This document shows, one piece after another, positions 22,826 through 37,012 of a stretch of DNA of 64,000 bases; position 1 is the first letter of the stretch, and every line of letters starts with the position of its first letter. The notes below the pieces were generated by a model. It searched no databases. It saw only the letters and a list, made by a program, of their open reading frames with translations, and was not told where the DNA came from. Source of the DNA: Lingula anatina (lineage: Eukaryota; Animalia; Brachiopoda); the NCBI GenBank assembly GCA_051362555.1, contig CM120642.1:30380001-30444000 (forward strand). The letters are read 5' to 3'. The position numbers and the translations under genes were made by a program.

Positions 22826-23069
22826 TCTTTTTTAAATGAACTCCAAACTGCCAAATAAACCCAAATCAATTATCCACATTCAGTTAGATTACTGACAAAT
22901 GTCATGTCAGATTCTACACTAAATATGGATTTGGTGAAACATAGTTTTGCATTGATTATGGTTGATAAGCATGCAAGGTAAGAATGTACACAAACATCAG
23001 GTGTCATCAAACACTTACATCAACCGACAAAAATATGTAGGGATTGCCCTATTCACTAGAAAAATTGCT

Positions 23070-23109
<40 letters not shown>

Positions 23110-25428
23110 GTATATTAACAATAGGTACAGTAATCTTCCCTTCGACTTGGTGAAATTGTATCTGAATTTGTCATATCGGCGCTGAGCAGTAGGTGAGCGG
23201 GGAAAAATTATATCTTAATTATACTATAAAATTTTCTCGGTATAATTTCCATGTGTAAATATTTGGAAATACTTCAAGAGAAGGCTCTGGAGTACCGGTA
23301 GCTTAACTACAAACTAAATAGGTCAAGTAAGGTTCGCACCAAATACGCAATGTCGATGTCCCAACTAGCACATCGAATGAAAAATGAGTCACATCCAGGA
23401 AGCGGGTCGTTGCTTTTGCTTTTGGTTTATTACGTCTTATCGGGTCTTTTGCTTGAATCTTATTATAAAAATGGTGAATAAAACCGCGACGGGGCCACAA
23501 TAAAAAAAAGACAATGTTCTCCGGTTAGCTACTTTTTTCACTTAGATTCGTCACAACAGCACAATTCCTGCATAACATACCGTTTAACAAATATATACTA
23601 TGTATACAATTTAATCGTACAGTATGTCTACAAGTATTAACATTGTATTAAAGTAAACTTACCTTCTTACAATAAAGCACAGCACGTACGTCCAACTCGG
23701 TGGGAGAGCTGACAGACAACGCAGTCGTCTCGCGACGTCGCCGCATGCTTTCGTAGCGTGCATCCGTCGCGTGTTGGACGTCATGTGATATTTGGAAGCC
23801 AATAAATATTGCACATTCCGTAACAGGTTTAAAAAGACCTTATAATCGTCTTCGTCGCTCTGGGGATAATGCAATAAGTAGCCACGGACACAAATTTGGC
23901 GTGTATTTAAAATTTGACCGTATAACAACTACATCGCTGGTGGCCCGACGGTGGGCCACCGATGGCTATCGACGGAAAGTAGCGCTCTTTCCGTCGTCGG
24001 CCCGCCAACTACACATCGCTAATGTATAGACGGCGGGCCAACAGCGGCCAGCTAGCGACGTATCAACGTTATATGCGTAGCTCCCCAGATAGCATGTCGC
24101 CGGTGGGCCGACGTTGGGCCACCGACTCCAACTACGTCGGCCCACCAGCTACTGTCGCCGGTGGGCCTACGTTGGCCTGACCATCGGTCCAACGTTGGCC
24201 CACCAGCGACATACAGCTTGAGCGGCCCAACGTCGGCCCACCGGCGACAAGTAGCTGGTGGGCCGACGTAGGTCCACTGCTTTTATCTATTTTTTATTTT
24301 CTTTATTATTCATTAATTCATTGATTTATTAATTTTTTGATAATTATATTATCATTATTATTGTCATATATAATAGACAAAACACAATGTAATATTTCAA
24401 GAGTGTTTAATCTTCTGTAATATTTCTTCCTTAAAATACAACAACGTGGCAAGTTATAATGGACCTTGAGATATTAAAAAAAACCCCATAAATTCTATTC
24501 CTAAAGTATAGAAAACATAGGTAATCTTCCACTATGAGATATGGCCTCAACCCCTCCCCAAGCCATACCAGTTACACTTATCTTTCCTTGCAGTAACACT
24601 TTTAAAGGAACAAAAAACATTCATCTTACAAATCTTCAAACAACAGCATATATAAAATACTTAAGTTAACTCCATTCAACACTGTTTCTGTACCCACATG
24701 GTAACAAATCTGTTTGAATGCATGTGCCTGTAGGTTTAAGCATTTAATAGGGTTAACAAATGGGAATTATTTTATATAAAATGGCCTCCCAACAAATCCC
24801 AAAGCCATACCAGTCTTATACAGTCTTTACTTGCACTATTTAATGCAATCATTCACCTCACAAGCTTTCCAACAACAACATCATATAAAATACTTAGTTA
24901 ACTCTATTCAAAAACTTTTTCTAGTACTGTATCTGGTAAAATATTCATTTGCACGAAACATAAACTGTCATAAACATATGCATATATACCGGTATGTCCA
25001 TTCAGCAGTACAGGGAAATAAATTTTCTTATATTTCCAAAGCCATACCAGTCTAATGCTGTCTTTACTTGCAGCAAATAACACTATGTAGGAACAATATC
25101 GTTCATATCACAAAATGTACAAACAACAACATAAAAAATTCTACGTTAACTCTATTCAATACTCTAACTGCAACATATCTGTTTGAAAGAACCAAGCATG
25201 AGTGCTTTAATTTGTAGTCAGAACAATTTAAACAGTCAAAAACGTCATATACCGGGTACATGTTCATGTAGATCCAAGCACAGTTAGTCTATGTCTTCAA
25301 CAAATATCCCCTAACCTTAATTATTAGTCAATCTTGACTACGGTATCCAAATTTAATTTCTCAATAAGCATGTAACATGATACATACTTTCAACTCAGGA
25401 CCAAAAAAAAAAAACAAAAAAAAAAACA

Positions 25429-28400
25429 TCAGTCTGAATCCGAGGATGATGATACAATTGTCTCTTGCAAAGCCTGGACTCTGTCTTTTTCTGAAAATAA
25501 CACATTGAAGTGATTGCAAGTGATTGTCCATCATATCCCTATTAAACTGAAGTGTTTACATGTAAATTCAACATAACTAAAAGGATTGGCATGGAGATCA
25601 ACATCATCAGAATGAGAATAAACTGTTCTATTTAAGAAACCAACTGATACATGTAGTGCAAACATGGAAAAGAATCTTATTTTTGTATTAAAAAAGTAAT
25701 TTCAATTTTTTAGATATGTGTTAAAAGAGACAAAAGAAAATAAATATGATTAAATACAAGGATGTAATACATACCAATCTTCTTCAACAATCTTCGCTGC
25801 CTTCCTCCCTCCCTGTCGCTGGCATTTTTCAACCATGTCTTCATGATTCTTTCTGTGTCACTTTCCTTGATACCATTTTTTTTGGCAGCATCTGTTAAAG
25901 TTAAAACATTTTTAAATATATTTCAGTTTTATTACAACCAAATTAAGGCGTGAGAGGTGATAGAGTGGGAAAATATTACATCATGAAAAATTATTTTGAC
26001 TCACCAGCAGTCACATACTTACCATGCAGGACTCTGGCAATTCTGCTTTTGCACAGACCACATTTTTCTTTACTGCCATCCCCTCTAGCACGGCCCTTCC
26101 AGTTGAATAAAGTTGCCATAGGAGATGTCATAAGCGCTTCCATCATCCTATATATGGTGTTTTCCTGCCCTGTCCCCCCAAGAGTTGTCAGGTGACGGAC
26201 CTACAACAAGTGACATTCAGACAGTCTAATGCATTTTTTTAATGCAATTTAATGGAAAGAATTAAATTACCCTTTAACAGCACTCTTCCTTATTTAGTTA
26301 TACTACTTTCGTCTGTGCCACAGGTTAAAAATCTCCTACTGGAATAATCAAAATTACATTCCTAACCATTGATTAATACTAAAAACCAAATTAGTTGTTA
26401 TAATTAAAGGAAGTTGACAAAAAAAAATATCTTATCAAAAATATCTTATCAAACACAGTGTTTTATAGAATACTCACAAGAGCTTTGGATTTGGACCGAT
26501 CTTGCAGTACATCTTCTAATCTTTGGAAATCTTCCATTGATCTGATGGGAAGATCCAGATCTTCCACCATCTGGCTGGTGTCCTCATCCACTTTTTGCCT
26601 GTTGTATATGGCCTGGAGCAGTGCTGTGTTTTTTTTAGTTTGCAACAAAATCTGTTGCAAAATTACCATATGTTCCCTGTCATTTAAAAAAGTTCCCTGC
26701 ATTATCCAATATTCAACTTCAAAATAAGGGTACAATTAGAAAGACATTGGACAGCTGACAATTTAGAAACATGTAAAACTTGCTAGCTGACATTCACTTC
26801 AAAATAAACAACTGGCAACAACAAATTAATGTTTGTCACACATACCTCTCAGCTGATCTGTGGGTCAATCCAGAAGAACTGGTGCTAGGTGCACTGCAAG
26901 AGAAGTAGCACATACAGTAAATTTTGCCATAATAATAATATGATTACAATAAATGTTCATCAACTTGGAGAATGCGTTTCACTTCAATTTAATTAAAGTT
27001 ACTAATCAAATTAAATTATATTATAAAAATAATTCACAAAAAAAAAAAAAAAAAAAAAAAATGCATTTAAAGTCATTATTCTCTTCTTTGCATATATATA
27101 TAAACTTATTTTACATTTCCTTAGGGGATAACGGCCTGCTATGGAGTGTCTGAATTGATGATATTGGTCTTTCTCTTTCTACTGGTACACCATCACTGAT
27201 ACAAAAAAAAAAGGTCAAATTTAAAACAAAAATTATCATCCAAATTTCGTTCTAGACGGTGTTGGTGACTGAATTTTTTATAACCAATGGAAAGGTGATT
27301 ATGCAGTCTTCAATTAAAGGAATTGCATATATTTGACATTTATCAAGTCTCAACTGGAGTTAACTAACCTCATGCTGCCATCCTCCAGAGAGAGAGAGCT
27401 AGAAGATTTCTTCCCATTCTTTTCTAAATTCTGTATGCCACTGTATATGATTGAAAAAAAAAAAAACAAGGAAAAATGAAAAAAAGAACTAAATAAATAT
27501 GAACATTTTCACAATAGCTGAAACTGGTATGCAACCTTTAAGTGAACAATTTCAATTGCAGTACATTTACCACAAGTCTAGGAGTTCACTAACCTCATGC
27601 TGCTATCCTCTACCATCCTTGGGGCAGGAGGTGGAGATGGAAATGGCCTAGGCGTAGAGAGAGAAGAGGGCTTCCTCCCCTTTTTACTCAATGGCTGTAT
27701 GTCACTGTACATAATAAAAGAGCAAATGAATAATAATTTAGAAACATAATTCTTTTCCTTTCATAGCAAATAACATTTAAATACCACTCAAATACCATTT
27801 ACCTTAGCAAAGACATACTGAGCATTAAAATAAATATTAATTTTTTAGTATGCACATGAGTTGGCCTTTATCCCCCCCCCCCCCCACACACACACACACA
27901 CACACACTCACAACCAAGATATCCTTTTTATTACTTAAAAAAAGAATTAACCTGTCATCAGATTCCTCTTCTGCAAGTCTAGATGGCAGGTGTCTCCTTT
28001 TGTGCAAAAATAGCATTTAATACAGTGGTATATATTACTATAATCATGATGATTATATATATATTTAGAGTGTGAGTGATGCAACCATGGGAAAATGGAA
28101 ATTTTACATTTTGATAAACATACAATTACAATTAATATAAGGCACTTTATGATGAAATAATAAAGTATTTTCGGAATTTAACGCAATTTACTATAATGAT
28201 GTATATAATGTCCCTCTCACCTCCTCTTAGCTTCTATGTCAGTCGTGTCCAGGTCAATATCACAAATGTTTCGGTTCATTGATTTAACTGCTTTGGCGCA
28301 CTTTTCCCTTGCCTTTCTATAGTCACCTAAAAATTACTGCCTAGTTAACATTGCTGTAGAATTTGCCACTGACCAAATATTGCACACATTTTCATTTCTT

Positions 28401-28984
28401 ATATTCCAAATTTATTGATAATGTTAAAGGGATAATATCTCTTCATATGAGATCAATATTCCACAATAAAAACATTGTGAACAACTCATGGAAATATAAT
28501 ATATTCTGTTGTACCACAAAAACGACAGTTATGGCTATTATTCTTGTATCTGAGCTTGTCTTTAGACCACGTGACCTCCATACTCTGTTATAATCTCTTA
28601 AGAGATTATAACAAAAAAAAAAAAAAAAAACTTTTTGGAAAGAAACCAGGGACTAACTTTGAATGTAAAAATGGATTCCTTAACCATTGGTAAGTATGGG
28701 AAAATAGTTGTTTACTCTAGGAAAATTCATTTTTTAGCCAAAATGAAGAGTTATTATCCCTTTAATTTAATTGGTTCCACACACTTACTAGTAGACTTCA
28801 ACACTTTGCAGTCATACACATCCCAATCGCTATCTGGTGGCACACACTCCTCTATGGCTCTTCCACCTCTCATAACTATCTTGGGGGGCCAAAGACACTT
28901 ATCGCCTTTGACCCATTCATCAGGGGCCACTGCCACTGAATTTTCCTCAGGGAAATATACGATGTTGAACTTTGAGCGAGACAT
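25429..28984 (-). CDS. 11-exon DUF4806-like accessory gene, copy 3
   Basis: Exons and splice sites match copy 2. Confidence 0.75.
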
Positions 28985-30521
28985 AATCTCCCTGTGATAC
29001 AAATGTTATAAAAGTTAATAAAGTTATGCCTGTTTATCACAGAAGGGGTAAAGTAATAAATTGGTTATTTAATGGCAATAAAACTAATTTTGATTTGATC
29101 TGCTCTGGACTGATGCTCACTAATCGACCACTCGGATTATTCACGGACCATATGTGTAGTCTACTAGATTCCACAGGATATATAAAAAAATTTTCTTTTG
29201 TCATAAATGGTTGACATATCAATGTTCTTTCTTGATTGAAAGTGATAATATTTTTTATGATGAAAGGTGTTTGTCCAACATATATAGCATTATCTGGTTG
29301 TTTAACTGATAAAAAAAAATTTTCCATATGAAGTTCTTTATATTGTTTGCATTGCTGATATTCTTCTGGGACTGGTCCTCTGTGGTGTTCTTTTTTACAA
29401 AATGTTTGTGAAGATTTAATTTTTTTTTTCACATGTTCCCTTTCAGCAAGACGGCGTATGACTTGTTGGAGTGGCAATTTTGGTTTGCGCACAAGTCTCT
29501 TTATAGTCTGAAGATAGTTTTCAAATGGGAAACTTGAAAAATTGTGTAAAACTCCATACATTTTAGCATGTGCAGCCAAATGAGTGAGCGAGTGAACGTT
29601 ATAAATTATCTGTTCTGCACCATATGCCTCACTCATGTGCTCCACGAAAAGGGAGAGTATTTGACCAGCAAAATTACAGTAATCTCCACACAGTGTCTCA
29701 CTACACAAAATGGTGATTGCTACAAAAAGCATAATAAAATGTTTATACAATGCATTTGGCAATTTTCCTCTTAGAACAACAGGACCAGTATACATAAGAA
29801 AGGTTCGGAACTCCGTAGCCTTCCATCTTTCAATTTCTGATAAAGCCCGTCCTTTACGTAGAAATTCTCTGGGAAGAAAGTCTCTCATATTGTTTATACC
29901 ATCTGAGATACACCTAATCATGTTACCCCCCAGTCTCACATGTAGTGGTCCATTCATCCACAGTGTCAACAACTTCTTCATAACCCCTAAACATACCAGG
30001 TGCATGTAATCTAGTGGAAATTGGCTGATCATGCCAATCCTCAAGGAAAGTAAATTTGACTCACCACGTTGGTGTTCATCATACATCATCTCATTAAATG
30101 CAACATCAGTTCGAGGTTGTGCATTAGTTTGTGGAAAAGTCATACGGTGATTAACCCACTCACCACTTTGAACACAGTTGTCACACCCATAATACCCTGT
30201 GTGACCTTTCACTTGTTTCACAAAGCTTCGGGCAGCTGTATCACAAACAAAATTTGATATCCTAACACTGAAATTTTTGTCATCATAAATTATACCAACT
30301 TGTTCTAAGTGTCTCATTTCTTCCACAAATTTATTCAGAAACTGATTAGCATCATTGGGTTTTGACTGTCCAATCCATAAGCCAATTACAAAGGGATCGG
30401 GCTTTTCCTCTTGTGGGAGTAAACCTAAAATTGGCCAAAAGGATTCAGTACTGCTCTTAAAAAGAGGCAAGCCATCAATATTTATCTGCAGAATGATTTC
30501 CTCTTGAGATGCAAGTTCCTG

Positions 30522-33500
30522 CCCAGATAGCATGCATACGTTGGGCCAACGTTGGCCCAACGTTGCCTTGGTTGACCATGCAACGTTGGCCCAACGTTGG
30601 GTTTCCATCTAAGTGCTCACTTTGGCCAACGGTTGGCTGAACGTCTTTTTAATGCCAACGCATTGCCAACGTATTCCCAACCAAACTGCGTTGGCCCTAC
30701 ATTGGGCCAACTAATAACCAACATTGGTCCAACAATTACCCAACCTGTAACCAACAGTGCATTTACGTTGGTCCTACTAATAACCAACATCAGTCCAACG
30801 ATTACCCAACCAAACTGCGTTGGCCCTACATTAGGCCAACTAATAACCAACATTGGTCCAACAATTACCCAACCTGTAACCAACAGTGCAATTACGTTGG
30901 TTCTACTAATAACCAACATCAGTCCAACAATTACCCAACCTCAAACCAACAATGTATCCGCGTTGGCCCAATGGTAGGCCAACTGGTCACCAAGTTATCT
31001 GCAATTTGCACAAATTATGACCCAACCTAAAACCAGGGGCACAGTGATTTACAGTAACCCAACATTGAGCTAAAGGCAAAATCTTTTTTTTTTTTTTGAA
31101 TCACATAGGTAGTAGGGCACTGTAATTACACATCTGATGCACAGGCAGATCAATGTCCTGATGAAATATCTTGAGCATCTGAAATCTGCAAACTGCAAGA
31201 TATGGCTGAAAAATTGGCAAGGTTTCTAAGGGATGAATCCTTCAGAGGACTTGATCTGCCTGTGATCATTTACACTACACCTGGAAAATTGTCAATTAAT
31301 AATTGTAGTTGAAACAAAAAGATTAGTGATATATTTTGAACTGTTTAATTAATTCATAACATTACATAAAACAAATACATTACACCAACTAAATAATGAT
31401 ATGTGAATTGAAATATAATACAAAAAGACAACAAAGAAAATTTTTATAAGATATTATAATATTAAATTTAAACATTAATAAGTGTGTCTTATATCAATTG
31501 TTACATGATTCACATCAAAAAAATTTTAACAGTCCTATGACTTTTCACCTTATTCCTGGAGTCAAGGCATTTTTCTACTAGTAAAGTCTTTTTTTGCCCC
31601 ATTTCAATTTTTAAAAACATTTTCATTAAATTAAATTTTAAACCTGAAACCCTTGTTAATGTCAGGTAAGATGCTTTTCATAGGAACTTTCATAAGTTAT
31701 ATGTCAAGTCTATAAAATCACAGTCTCTTCCGTCAGGCAAAATCTCAGACATTGTCTCTTTAAAAATCAAATCAGTGGTCATATGAGTTAAATCTTGTGT
31801 TTTTTCTCTCTTTCCTGTCCTGCACCTGCATGATCTTTGGCAAAGCACGATTAGTTAGGTGTATCTTCAACATCTTTTTCTGAACAGTCACAGAAGAGTG
31901 TGCTGCACCTACAAATTTAAATATTAAAAACACTTGAAATATAATGCTAGAATTGGTATGGTACATAACATGACTGTACCTCTTCCCCCATATTTCATAT
32001 ACAAACTAGTACTAGTAGGTGTGTATTATATGATAATCTCCCCACCTTTTCTAAGTTAGGCAAAAGCCAATGTCTTAACTTTAAAAGTGTGTGTCTTGTG
32101 TGCAGTAATTTATAGTGATTTATTTAAATTAGTTCTTACGTGTACACTTGACCATGAATTCAGTTTTTAGACAACTGTAATGTACCACTAAATTCCACAT
32201 CATTTAATCATTCCAACAACTCTATCACAGAATTTACTGGCCAGGATTCATACAGACACATAAGAACAATTGGCTTCCAAGGACTTTTAAGGCTCTAAAT
32301 CAAATCATTTTCAATGATTTTAACTAATGAGGGCAAGTTATACATTAATACAGTTATATTAAAGTGTACATACCAAAGGAAAAATGACTCATTTCATTTA
32401 AACTTTGTCTTTGTAACACATTGATGATGAAAAGTTGAAAATAAAAGTACAAGTAATGATGTATTAAAAGATATTACCCCCATCTGTGAATTATTGTCTG
32501 TATTCATCTCAATAAACTACAAAGTTTTAAATAATATTTTTACAAAGACAAAATGCTGAAATGCAAACCTTTTTCAAGCCTAATAGCATTTTCAAGTACT
32601 TTTCAAAGTTACATTTAAACTAGAGCCATTAAACTAGTTACATTTAAACTAGTCCAAAGTGCTGGACTAAATTTGAACACTTTTCAAGGCTGTATGGATC
32701 CTGGTGCATCAGTAAATAATGGGAAAATACACAATTAAAAATTCACTTACCAGTACATGCTCACTTCTTATCCTGTCTCTTTATCTCTTCATTTTCTAAT
32801 TTCCAAAAAGATGTCTTCTTTCTATATCCAGAAACCAATGCTTTCAGCCGTAATTCTTGCCTCTTCCTTAGAACATTTCTGACCTTCTGGCTTAGATTTT
32901 TGAATTGGCTCAACGGTCAGCGCGCTTAAGACTGTGCTATGTATAGTTGTTTGACCTGTTTGAGCAGGCAGTAGGCAAACTGTTTATATCAAACTGACAG
33001 TTAAGATAAACACCTGGCTTGTAATGAATCTGGTCCAGTGAAAGTTACCAGTGTACTTTAATCAAAAGTCAATTGATGCTAACTATAAAGTTTAAAATTT
33101 ATATATTGAGCAATTGTACATTATAATAAGATTTCAATCATTTGTCTGATTTCAATAACAATAATAATAATAGCAATAATAATAAATATGTTTCACAGCA
33201 TTATTTAAAAATATAAATCTGTTCACTCAGTAATTTTTTTATAGGTGAAGTCTATGTACTATATACTATATCCATTCAGAAAAAAAGACAAAATGAAAAA
33301 TATATATATATGAGAGTATATAGCTTGGAAGACAAATAAAAGTAGAACACTGTTTTTTAGCCCAAGGAATTTGACAAACTCTTAATAAAAAAAAAATTTA
33401 ATCCTAAAAACTATATGTTACTGATCAATAGATAAGCACATGTGATTCTCAGTTGTGAACAGAAACATTTTTATTATAACAGAAACATTATTCATTTCTA

Positions 33501-33725
33501 TTGAGTTGTTAATTGGATACGTTGGCCCAACGTTAGGCCAACGTATGCAACAAATATGCACACGTTGGCCCAACGTTGGGCCAACATGAGCATATTGCAG
33601 TTATGTTGTGCATATTATGATGTGGTTGGGCCAACGTTGGGCCAACGTATTACTACCAACGCCAACTATGTGCCAACAAACCAACGATTCCCCTACGTTG
33701 GCCCAACGTATGCTTGCTATCTGGG
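30522..33725. mobile_element. Non-autonomous EnSpm/CMC element, 3204 bp, TG TSD
   Basis: Empty site CC-TG-ATGAG; here TG|CCCAGATAGCATGCATACGTTGGGCCAACGT...ACGTTGGCCCAACGTATGCTTGCTATCTGGG|TG. About 31-bp TIR with one mismatch, TTGGCCCAACG subterminal repeats, no long ORF. Confidence 0.92.
30676..30940. repeat. 129-bp tandem repeat (2 copies) of CCAAC-rich subterminal motifs
   Basis: CCCAACCAAACTGCGTTGGCCCTACA at 30676 and 30805. Confidence 0.85.
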
Positions 33726-35243
33726 TGATGAGATGCCAATCTGCATTTTATTCCATATTCTATGCCAAAATGATGATAATTGCCTCCTGCAACTTGATCA
33801 ATGATGTATGATTGTTTAGTTTGCAGGAGTGTCCGGCTGTCTTTTGGCAAAAAAGGAAAATATGGTTTTAAAATACCCAAAAGACTGTTTGCATGACTCA
33901 ATGGAAGGTTGCTGGTAATCACCCAATCCCTCAGTTTCTTTGCAAAATCTTCATCTTCTTCACCATCTGAAGAACTAGTGTCCGACACGTCATCATTGCT
34001 GCTATCATCACTGAAATTGCTTTCAATATCAAAAGTCATATCCATATTTTCCTGATAACTGGCCTGTGAACAAGCAGATTCTTCATCAGAAACATCAGCT
34101 GTTGTCATTGTCTCCTCATGCTCAATGGTTTGCTCTGCAGGTAAGATGTCATTATCATCTTCACTAGATGATTCATCATGAAGATTTGTTAGAATCTGCT
34201 GGGCAAGTTTCTCAGCATGACGACGTAATGTCCTGTCGCTGAGCACTGACTTTTTTCCGTCAGACATTCTGTCAAATAATTGAAATATTTATCAACATTA
34301 GGTCCTGATAAGGTAGACTATTTCTGCTTGATGAACTACACATTTTAATGAGTAGTGATTACCTTAGTAAAAAAAAAAAATCAGTGCTGGTCATTTTAGT
34401 CAGTATGTGGCCCACATTTGTTATCTTGTTCACTTTTAAAGAAATAAATGGTGTTAATATGATTGATTTTGATATAATTTATTTTGTAAGTGAGCATATA
34501 TATGACATAAATGAAAAACAGTTTTTTATATCCATACTGTAAACCCCAAATCTGGTGATGGCAAGTCGTTATAGTTGAGGAACACCAGCACCAATGCTTT
34601 GGTGTTAGGACAATCGAAATCTCCTTTTGCATTAAGTAACAACTCAGTGATAGTTTATACACTTTTATTGCACTCAATGACAAGGCAGCAAAACTGTGAA
34701 ATCTACAGCCATAAAAGCAATGCAATAATGCACAAAATGATAATGCTAGTGTGATTGGTGCAATCTCTCAGTTCTTCAGTGCTTAAGTTCTGTAAAGCTC
34801 CTAAGCATTTTTGATAATTATTAGTTAAAGGTACATATGAATGGAGTGTTGGTGGATCATGGATTCCCAGTAACACATATAAACCACTTCTACTAGTTTA
34901 TGATACAACTAAAAAAAATTCGACATGCTAAGGGATAAACTGAATAAATCATTAAATCAGCCATAGAAAACATAGAAAAGCTTTAGACTGCTCCTTTTTT
35001 TAAATTTTAGTCAGAAATTTAACCTACTTTTGTTACCGTCTTTTCTGGCCTGGCCCAATCTTTAATAGCATTGAATATACAACATTTTATAGCTCAAAGT
35101 TAGTAAGATTAACATATAGAAAGGCAGTGTCAGTCATGGCAATTACTAATCATGTCTAGTAACAAATGCACAAAACTTGACATGCAAAGTAGACTGAGTT
35201 CAAAGGCAGATTATTATGTAATTGGAGTCAAGATCATGTCTAG

Positions 35244-35330
35244 AGAAGAATCTAGGGATCGAACCTAGGACCTCTTGCGCTAGGTAAATTAACGTTCTAG
35301 GCAAGTGCTCCACCACTGAGCTAATTCTCC
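35244..35330 (-). ncRNA. tRNA-like cassette, EnSpm copy 3 (first)
   Basis: Same as 4576-4662. Confidence 0.68.
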
Positions 35331-35667
35331 TTTTTTCTAAGATGCACTCCAACCTGCCAAATAAACCCAAATCAGTTGTCTCCTTATTAATGCGGGATAC
35401 TGCCAATTGTCAAGTTAGATTCTAAAATTAATATGGGAGATAGCATTTTGATTGTTATTATTATATTGGGAGCATATGGGAAATAATTAACATGTGAAAG
35501 TAGAACTTACACATTTATAGGTCTAAGTTAGTAAGATTAACATATAGAAATGGAGTGTCAGTAATGGCAATTACTATGTCTAGCAACAATTGCACAAAAC
35601 TTGACATGCAAAGTAGACTGAGTTCAAAGGCAGATTATTATGTAAGTGGAGTCAATATCATGTCTAG

Positions 35668-35754
35668 AGAAGAATCTAGGGATCGGACCTAGGACCTCTT
35701 GCGCTAGGTAAATTAACGTTTTAGGCAAGTGCTCTACCACTGAGCTAATTCTCC
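35668..35754 (-). ncRNA. tRNA-like cassette, EnSpm copy 3 (second; nominal anticodon AGA changed to AAA)
   Basis: As 5000-5086, with a substitution at 35721. Confidence 0.55.
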
Positions 35755-35998
35755 TCTTTTTTAAATGAACTCCAAACTGCCAAATAAACCCAAATCAATT
35801 ATCCACATTCAGTTAGATTACTGACAAATGTCATGTCAGATTCTACACTAAATATGGATTTGGTGAAACATAGTTTTGCATTGATTATGGTTGATAAGCA
35901 TGCAAGGTAAGAATGTACACAAACATCAGGTGTCATCAAACACTTACATCAACCGACAAAAATATGTAGGGATTGCCCTATTCACTAGAAAAATTGCT

Positions 35999-36054
<56 letters not shown>

Positions 36055-37012
36055 GTATATTAACAATAGGTACAGTAATCTTCCCTTCGACTTGGTGAAA
36101 TTGTATCTGAATTTGTCATATCGGCGCTGAGCAGTAGGTGAGCGGGGAAAAATTATATCTTAATTATACTATAAAATTTTCTCGGTATAATTTCCATGTG
36201 TAAATATTTGGAAATACTTCAAGAGAAGGCTCTGGAGTACCGGTAGCTTAACTACAAACTAAATAGGTCAAGTAAGGTTCGCACCAAATACGCAATGTTG
36301 ATGTCCCAACTAGCACATCGAATGAAAAATGAGTCACATCCAGGAAGCGGGTCGTTGCTTTTGCTTTTGGTTTATTACGTCTTATCGGGTCTTTTGCTTG
36401 AATCTTATTATAAAAATGGTGAATAAAACCGCGACGGGGCCACAATAAAAAAAAAGACAATGTTCTCCGGTTAGCTACTTTTTTCACTTAGATTCGTCAC
36501 AACAGCACAATTCCTGCATAACATACCGTTTAACAAATATATACTATGTACAGTATGTCTACAAGTATTAACATTGTATTAAAGTAAACTTACCTTCTTA
36601 CAATAAAGCACAGCACGTACGTCCAACTCGGTGGGAGAGCTGACAGACAACGCAGTCGTCTCGCGACGTCGCCGCATGCTTTCGTAGCGTGCATCCGTCG
36701 CGTGTTGGACGTCATGTGATATTTGGAAGCCAATAAATATTGCACATTCCGTAACAGGTTTAAAAAGACCTTATAATCGTCTTCGTCGCTCTGGGGATAA
36801 TGCAATAAGTAGCCACGGACACAAATTTGGCGTGTATTTAAAATTTGACCGTATAACAACTACATCGCTGGTGGCCCGACGGTGGGCCACCGATGGCTAT
36901 CGACGGAAAGTAGCGCTCTTTCCGTCGTCGGCCCGCCAACTACACAACGCTAATGTATAGACGGCGGGCCAACAGCGGCCAGCTAGCGACGTATCAACGT
37001 TATATGCGTAGC

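Larger units (their letters stand above)
6358..24083 (-). mobile_element. EnSpm/CMC transposon copy 2 (~9.74 kb plus nested ISL2EU)
   Basis: Starts with the TIR at 6358, is colinear with the other copies, and ends at GTAGCTC|CCC (24083/24084). Confidence 0.9.
29037..34267 (-). pseudogene. EnSpm transposase copy 3, split at codon ~181 by a non-autonomous element
   Basis: N-terminal part in ORF 33653-34267 and C-terminal part in ORF 29037-30608, both matching copy 1. Confidence 0.9.

Noticed and set aside
30597-30977. 126-aa and 100-aa repetitive ORFs
   Set aside because: They are translations of the 129-bp subterminal tandem repeat.
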